From Candidatus Latescibacterota bacterium (GTDB lineage: Bacteria > Latescibacterota > UBA2968 > UBA8231): a stretch of DNA of 64,000 nucleotides. This document shows, in pieces, positions 58,887 to 64,000 of the stretch. Below the pieces are notes generated by a model. It made no database searches and was not told the origin of the DNA. It was given only the letters and a program-made list of their open reading frames with translations. The DNA is taken from the NCBI GenBank assembly GCA_963422735.1, contig OY730476.1, positions 2,912,001 through 2,976,000 of the forward strand, read 5' to 3'. The stretch's first letter is position 1. Every line of letters begins with the position of its first letter. The position numbers and the translations under genes were made by a program.

Positions 58887-60972
58887 ACTCGGTGTCGATA
58901 TCGGCGGCACCTTTACCGACATTGCGCTCATTGACGAAGCGACCGGGCAAATCTATACCGGCAAGGTCTCCTCGACCCCTCAAGACCCATCCGGCGGATT
59001 TATGGAAGCCGTGCAGCGGCTACTCGCCAAGCAGCAAGTCGCCGCCCAAGATGTGGCCTACATCGTCCACAGCACTACGGTCGCCACTAACGCTATCATC
59101 GAAGGCAAGGTCGCGCCGACGGGCTTTATCACCACCGAGGGTTTCCGCGACATGCTGGAGATCGCCCGCCAGATCCGCCCCGCCCTATACGACTTGCAGT
59201 TTGAAAAGCCTCGTCCGCTGGTGCCGCGCCACCGCTGTTTTGGCGTACCCGAGCGCCTCGATGCTGGCGGCGCAGAGCTTATACCGCTCGACGAAGACGC
59301 CCTGCGCCGAGTAGCCAGCAAACTGCGCGACGAGGGCGTGGAATCCATCGCCGTCTGCTTTCTGCACGCCTACGCCAATCCGGCTCACGAGCGGCGGGCC
59401 GGGGAGATTCTCGCCGAGGTCTTTCCCGAGGCTGTCGTCTCGCTCTCGGCGGAGGTTGCGCCTGAGCTCCGCGAGTACTTGCGGGCCAGCACAACCGTGA
59501 TCAATAGCTGCATCCGCCCGGTGGTCGCGCGCTATTTGCAGCGGATCGAAGATCGGTTGGCACAGGCGGGTATCGCCGCCGAACTGCTCGTAATGCAGAG
59601 CAGCGGCGGGGTGTACACCTTTGCAGCGGCGCGGCAAAAACCGGTGTACATGGTCGAATCGGGGCCGGCCGCCGGGGTGATCGCGGCGGCGCATCTGGGG
59701 CAGGCGCGGGGTTATGAGCAAGTGATTTCCTTCGATATGGGCGGGACGACCGCCAAAGCTGGTCTGATCCAAGGCGGTACGCCCAGCGTGACCAAGGGCT
59801 ACGAGGTCGGGACGACGGCGCAATCGGGCGTCGGAGCGACCCGCGGTACTGGCTATCCGATTCGCACACCGGTGATCGACCTCGTGGAAATCGGCGCGGG
59901 TGGCGGGTCCATCGCTTGGGTGGATCCCGGCTGCATCCTGCGGGTCGGGCCCCAAAGCGCCGGGGCCGATCCCGGGCCGGCCTGCTATGGCCAAGGGGGG
60001 ACCCAACCCACGGTCACCGATGCCAATCTCGTATTGGGACGGCTCAACCCAAGCTATTTCCTCGGCGGCGAAATCGCCCTCGACCCGGCGGCGGCGCAAC
60101 ACTCCATCGAACAGCACTGCGCCCGGTCGCTAGGCATGGACTTGGTCGAGGCTGCCCACGGCATCGTCGAGATCGCCAACACCGCCATGGTCAACGCGCT
60201 GCGACTGGTCTCCGTGCAGCGCGGCTACGACCCCCGTGACTTCGCGCTGGTAGCCTTTGGCGGCGCGGGTCCGGCCCACGCCAACCGCCTCGCCTCCCTG
60301 ACCGAGATTCCCGTGGCAATCATTCCCCAAAGCCCAGGCACGGCCTCGGCACTGGGACTGTTGGTGACGGACTTAAAACACGATTACGCGGCCACGCTCA
60401 TCCAGCGACTGGACCAAGTAGCACCCCAAGCCTTGGAGCAGACCTTCCGCGAATTAGAGGCGCAGGGGCGGGAAATGCTTGGGCGCGAGGGGATGGCGGA
60501 AGCGGCGATGGGCTTCAGACGCCAAGTGGATCTGCGCTACGTTGGGCAGAGCCACGAGCTGACGCTGCCGTTGGCAACCAAAGCCATGGGCTTAGCGCAG
60601 CTAGAGCAGCTATCGAAACAGTTCCACCGTACGCACGATCGCGCCTATGGCTTTAGCGCGCCGGGCGAGGACGTTGAGCTGGTCAGTGTGCGACTCTCGG
60701 CCATCGGCCAGATCGCCAAACCCGCGTTGGCACCGCTGGCGAAGGCCGCCGGAGCAGCGACGGCCAAAGGACACCGTCCAGTGTATTTTGCCGAGAGCAA
60801 AGGATTCGTCGATTGTCCGGTGTACGACCGCTATGCTTTGGGGGCTGGCGCGGTGGTGCAAGGGCCGGCCATCGTCGAGGAGATTGATTCAACCACCGTC
60901 CTCCATCCTCAGTACCAAGTGTGCGTTGACGAGGTTGGGCAGATGACGCTGACGGCGGCTGAAGCGCGTTAA
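58876..60972 (+). CDS. Hydantoinase A/oxoprolinase family protein
   Basis: GVDIGGTFTD, ESGPAAG, DMGGTT, GAGGGS, GPACYG and FGGAG motifs. Confidence 0.93.
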   Translation: MAYRLGVDIGGTFTDIALIDEATGQIYTGKVSSTPQDPSGGFMEAVQRLLAKQQVAAQDVAYIVHSTTVATNAIIEGKVAPTGFITTEGFRDMLEIARQIRPALYDLQFEKPRPLVPRHRCFGVPERLDAGGAELIPLDEDALRRVASKLRDEGVESIAVCFLHAYANPAHERRAGEILAEVFPEAVVSLSAEVAPELREYLRASTTVINSCIRPVVARYLQRIEDRLAQAGIAAELLVMQSSGGVYTFAAARQKPVYMVESGPAAGVIAAAHLGQARGYEQVISFDMGGTTAKAGLIQGGTPSVTKGYEVGTTAQSGVGATRGTGYPIRTPVIDLVEIGAGGGSIAWVDPGCILRVGPQSAGADPGPACYGQGGTQPTVTDANLVLGRLNPSYFLGGEIALDPAAAQHSIEQHCARSLGMDLVEAAHGIVEIANTAMVNALRLVSVQRGYDPRDFALVAFGGAGPAHANRLASLTEIPVAIIPQSPGTASALGLLVTDLKHDYAATLIQRLDQVAPQALEQTFRELEAQGREMLGREGMAEAAMGFRRQVDLRYVGQSHELTLPLATKAMGLAQLEQLSKQFHRTHDRAYGFSAPGEDVELVSVRLSAIGQIAKPALAPLAKAAGAATAKGHRPVYFAESKGFVDCPVYDRYALGAGAVVQGPAIVEEIDSTTVLHPQYQVCVDEVGQMTLTAAEAR

Positions 60973-61038
60973 GGCGAGAGAATTCAATAATGGACGTATT
61001 GAGCGGTTCGACGGCAGTGGGATTAACTGAAGAGAATG

Positions 61039-61320
61039 CTACTGAGGAGATTGCAAACTTAACTGTTCGGGAATATCCGGTAATTCAATGGCTGAAATGC
61101 GGTTTTGTGCGACCGTACGCATCTGTGGATCGTGAGATATTATCACTTCTGCCTTTTGGACAATGGCGATGGCATCAATCTGGGCATCTATTCTTATGTG
61201 ACTACGGGGAGATCTTCCTTCTTCGAGTAATTTAGCTGCACTACGGCCTCGTTCTAATTCTGCTGCTAGAAACGCAGCGGGAGAGTCAAACACAGCAATG
61301 AAAAAGGATCGCTCGATAAT
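61039..61320 (-). pseudogene. PIN-domain-like protein C-terminal fragment
   Basis: FDSPAAFLAAEL...IDAQIDAIA...IISHD; lower GC; 5' part missing. Confidence 0.5.
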
Positions 61321-61324
61321 GGGT

Positions 61325-61665
61325 CGCTGACTCGCACCGAGCTGCAAGACGTGCTGTTGGAGGTCTGGCGGCGAGACCGGATTACCACATTCATGGTGAC
61401 CCACAATGTGGATGAGGCACTCTTCCTCTCCAACCGCATAGTGATGATGACCAGCGGCCCACAGGCCAAGGTCGGTGACATTCTGCCAGTAGAATTTCCG
61501 CGCCCGAGGGATCGGCGCACGGTGTGTGAGCACGAGCACTCCTACGATTTGCGCGGCCACCTATTGCACTTCCTCGACGGCCCAACTTTGGTCGAATCGG
61601 TCGCAGAACCGGATGAAAAACTGGAACCTCTAGGCGAAACCGCCCATAAAAAGCAAGTAGCTTGA
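61325..61665 (+). pseudogene. Nitrate/sulfonate-type ABC ATPase C-terminal fragment
   Basis: LTRTELQDVLL..W...MVTHNVDEALFLSNRIVMMTSGP...FPRPRDR; no Walker A. Confidence 0.75.
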
Positions 61666-61697
61666 TCAGGATTCACGGTTTAACTTAATCCATACCT

Positions 61698-62117
61698 ATG
61701 CCATCTTTACGTTGGAAGAACGCCGTGCGTCTTGCAATCTATTCCGCATTTCTTTTTAGCGTAGTTGCATCCAGCACTAGTTACGCGCAAAAGGAGATCG
61801 TCTGGGGCGGCCAGATTCGGCCGCGCTACCAGTTACGCGATCCGTTCGGGAGCGACTACGACTCCTTCACTTCCATGCGGGTGCCGACTCAGCTAGTGGC
61901 CTCGCTCGATAGCGATGTCGATCTGATGATCCAGCTCCAAGATGTGCGCTTGTGGGGCGAGGAAAAGAATACTCTGACGGATTACAGCGCCGATAAATTT
62001 GACCTTCATCAGGGCTATGCCCACCTGAATAAACTGGGTGACGGCGACCATTCGCTCAAGATTCGTCGTCAGATCGTCGTCCTTGGCGGTCAGCGGCTGA
62101 CCGGCGCGGTTAAGTGA
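61698..62117 (+). pseudogene. Alginate-export-family outer-membrane porin, N-terminal fragment
   Basis: Signal peptide; GQIRPRYQ, IQLQDVRLWG, DLHQGY and RQ...GGQRL; only 139 aa. Confidence 0.65.
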
Positions 62118-62240
62118 ACTCAGCAACTCAGCAAGGCCGGGTTTTCGACGGTTTGCAACTGCTGCTGGCCACCCTCTTGGGGACAGGTGAACCTGACGGC
62201 GATTCAGGTAACTTCTGACTTGGGTGTTTTTTAATTCGAC

Positions 62241-62801
62241 ATGCCGCGTCGCGTCACAAAGCCGATCTCCCCGTCCGGACTGCGGTCTTTCTTTCAGCAC
62301 CTAGTCTTCCCCGGGTTTACTTCGTTGGGCATTGCCGACCGCGAAGTAGTCGAATACGTCGTCAATCTGCTAGTGAGCTTTGCTCGGACCGATCAGCTCT
62401 ACCGCATCCGCAATATGCGCGGCCAATCGCTTGAAACCATCGCCGAAATGCTGGTGGAACTCGGGCGTCAGCGTCAGCCAGAGTGGCGCTGGTCTTTAGA
62501 CCGCGAGATGGATATCCGTCGGCACGTAGGCGACTACGCGCTTTTTACCAGCGGGCTTTTCCGCACGTGGGTTGAGCAGAATGGGCTTGGCAGCTACTAC
62601 TTGGAGCAGGGAAGAAGGGCTTATGGAGCGGCAGCCGAACTGGCGCAGCTCGGCTGCGCGTCGCAAGCGCGGATCTTCAGTGCCCTAGAGGAGCAATTTG
62701 AGCATCTGTCCGGGGGGCTCGACTACGTGCGCAAGGTCTATATGCGGCCTGAGCCACACGACAGCGAGCAAGGAGTGCTGATGCGCCAGCTAGGCATTTA
62801 G
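62241..62801 (+). CDS. Conserved hypothetical helical protein
   Basis: EVVEYVVNLLVSF, RRHVGDYALF.SGLF and YYLEQGRRAY pattern resembles an uncharacterised family I associate with several phyla. Confidence 0.7.
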   Translation: MPRRVTKPISPSGLRSFFQHLVFPGFTSLGIADREVVEYVVNLLVSFARTDQLYRIRNMRGQSLETIAEMLVELGRQRQPEWRWSLDREMDIRRHVGDYALFTSGLFRTWVEQNGLGSYYLEQGRRAYGAAAELAQLGCASQARIFSALEEQFEHLSGGLDYVRKVYMRPEPHDSEQGVLMRQLGI

Positions 62802-64000
62802 TAGCTCAGGCCGATGCTGCGGACCAAGGTGTGAGTGGCGGAGTCGCCAGCGATCTGCAAGCGAAAGAGGTAGAGGCCGGGCCGAGCCATCGCGCCGGAG
62901 TCGCGGCGGCCGTCCCAAGTTAGCTGGTAATGGCCAGCCACGCCTGCGGCGTCTCGCAGCGTACGGACTAGCCGGCCGCGCAGGTCATAGACGCGGGCTT
63001 CAATAGGGCGGGCGTCTATGACCTTGAGCACGTCGAAAGAAATGGTGAGTGCGTCGTTGACGCCGTCGCCGTTGGGAGTAAAAATCCCCGCGCCCATGTC
63101 TAGGCGCGTGAGTAAGCTCCCGTCCACGGGCAGCGAGACCGCATCGCCTGTTCCCTCTAAATCAGGAACTGCATCGCCTCGATCGACCTGCTGACGCAGG
63201 GTGTCAAGCCCGCTTTTGCGCTCTAGAAAGGCGCGGAAGCGGGTATTGTTTTGGAATACAGTGGCAGCGAAACCCAGCTCGACGCGCTCGGCGGCTACGA
63301 TTCGCTCGGGCAAGTGCAAGCGGAGGCCCGCATTCGTCTTTTCCACCTCAGCATTGATTGCCGCACCGTCGATTCGCAGGGCGCGAAACGCGAGGGGCAC
63401 TGAGGCTTCGAGGGCGATGGCCTCAAAGCCCTGACTGTCGCGGGCGAATTCTGGGCGGAGGAAGTACGTGAAGTTGGTTTGCTCGCCCGGCTCAACGCGC
63501 GCTGGGTGGACTTCGCCGACGGCGGTGCGCGCCAAAGGACGGGAGTAGATCAAGGTCAGCGCGTCGAGAGCAATGCCAGCCTGCGGGTTGTCGGTGCGCA
63601 GCTCGGCTTCGAGTTGGACGTAGCGCCGGGGCGAAGGAGAGCGGAAGCGGGTGCCCGTATGGATGTATTCTTCGCTCCACACGCTCCAGCCATCGCCGGG
63701 TTGGAGCGTGGTTTCAATGGGGCCGCGGAACGAGGCGATCAGCTTTTCGTAGCGTCTTTTGGTAATCTCTTTGCCGTTTTTGTCGAAGTAGTGCATTTCC
63801 TCAACTACATGGTCGCCGGTGCGGCTGCGCAAGGCGAACTGGGCCCCGAGCGGCGCGTCAATTTCCCACTCAATCGCCGTGATGTTCCAATTGGTGCCAA
63901 GGTCGATAACGGGCGAGCGCAGGACGGCGTGGGCTGGGTACCCCTCGCCGTAAACTTGGAACTCGCTGACTAGGCCCAGCCCGTCCAAGCGACCGGTGTT
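62798..64000 (-). CDS. Large secreted protein with C-terminal FlgD-Ig-like sorting domain; 5' end outside window
   Basis: FTPNGDGVND...VYDLRGRLVR...WDGR...GLY tail; SPSPRRYVQ domain. Confidence 0.8.
   Translation of the reverse strand, partial: NTGRLDGLGLVSEFQVYGEGYPAHAVLRSPVIDLGTNWNITAIEWEIDAPLGAQFALRSRTGDHVVEEMHYFDKNGKEITKRRYEKLIASFRGPIETTLQPGDGWSVWSEEYIHTGTRFRSPSPRRYVQLEAELRTDNPQAGIALDALTLIYSRPLARTAVGEVHPARVEPGEQTNFTYFLRPEFARDSQGFEAIALEASVPLAFRALRIDGAAINAEVEKTNAGLRLHLPERIVAAERVELGFAATVFQNNTRFRAFLERKSGLDTLRQQVDRGDAVPDLEGTGDAVSLPVDGSLLTRLDMGAGIFTPNGDGVNDALTISFDVLKVIDARPIEARVYDLRGRLVRTLRDAAGVAGHYQLTWDGRRDSGAMARPGLYLFRLQIAGDSATHTLVRSIGLSY

Noticed and set aside
61039-61560. 173 aa minus-strand ORF as a real gene
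   Set aside because: It is a chimera of antisense ABC ATPase sequence and a PIN-like fragment
62130-62240. tmRNA- or riboswitch-like element (gggttttcgacgg)
   Set aside because: Too short, with no tRNA-like 3' end or recognisable aptamer
1-64000. CRISPR array, rRNA, prophage or intact integrase
   Set aside because: I saw no regularly spaced repeats, rRNA-like stretch, cas, phage structural or recombinase genes

Overview
A 64 kb GC-rich bacterial chromosome segment. The expanded PhyH dioxygenases, TPR/FG-GAP/ASPIC-UnbV proteins, a FlgD-Ig-tailed protein and many decayed genes resemble uncultured host- or sponge-associated Latescibacterota/Poribacteria-like lineages; this is inference from gene content only. 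Core-like content: Dpp-type ABC genes, larC, an M23 peptidase, rlmN, PBP1A, tRNA-Gly(GCC), a divergent uvrA, queC and hydantoinase/oxoprolinase A+B. Decayed or accessory blocks: IS5, IS701 and IS630 remnants, several frameshifted genes, an orphan antitoxin whose toxin is internally deleted, and a lower-GC cassette-like block with attC-like palindromes. The best candidate for an undescribed system is the four-gene operon at 18787-24447: TolC, an MlaC-DUF3047 fusion, MlaC and an MMPL/HpnN-type RND transporter, with no periplasmic adaptor and with its own promoter and operator-like repeat. It looks like a trans-envelope lipid shuttle. Other notable signals are a tandem PhyH protein with an HxA (halogenase-like) iron site and an apparent CCWGG depletion with CTAG/CTTGG/CCAAG excess. 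All family calls come from motif recognition by eye; no database searches were run.
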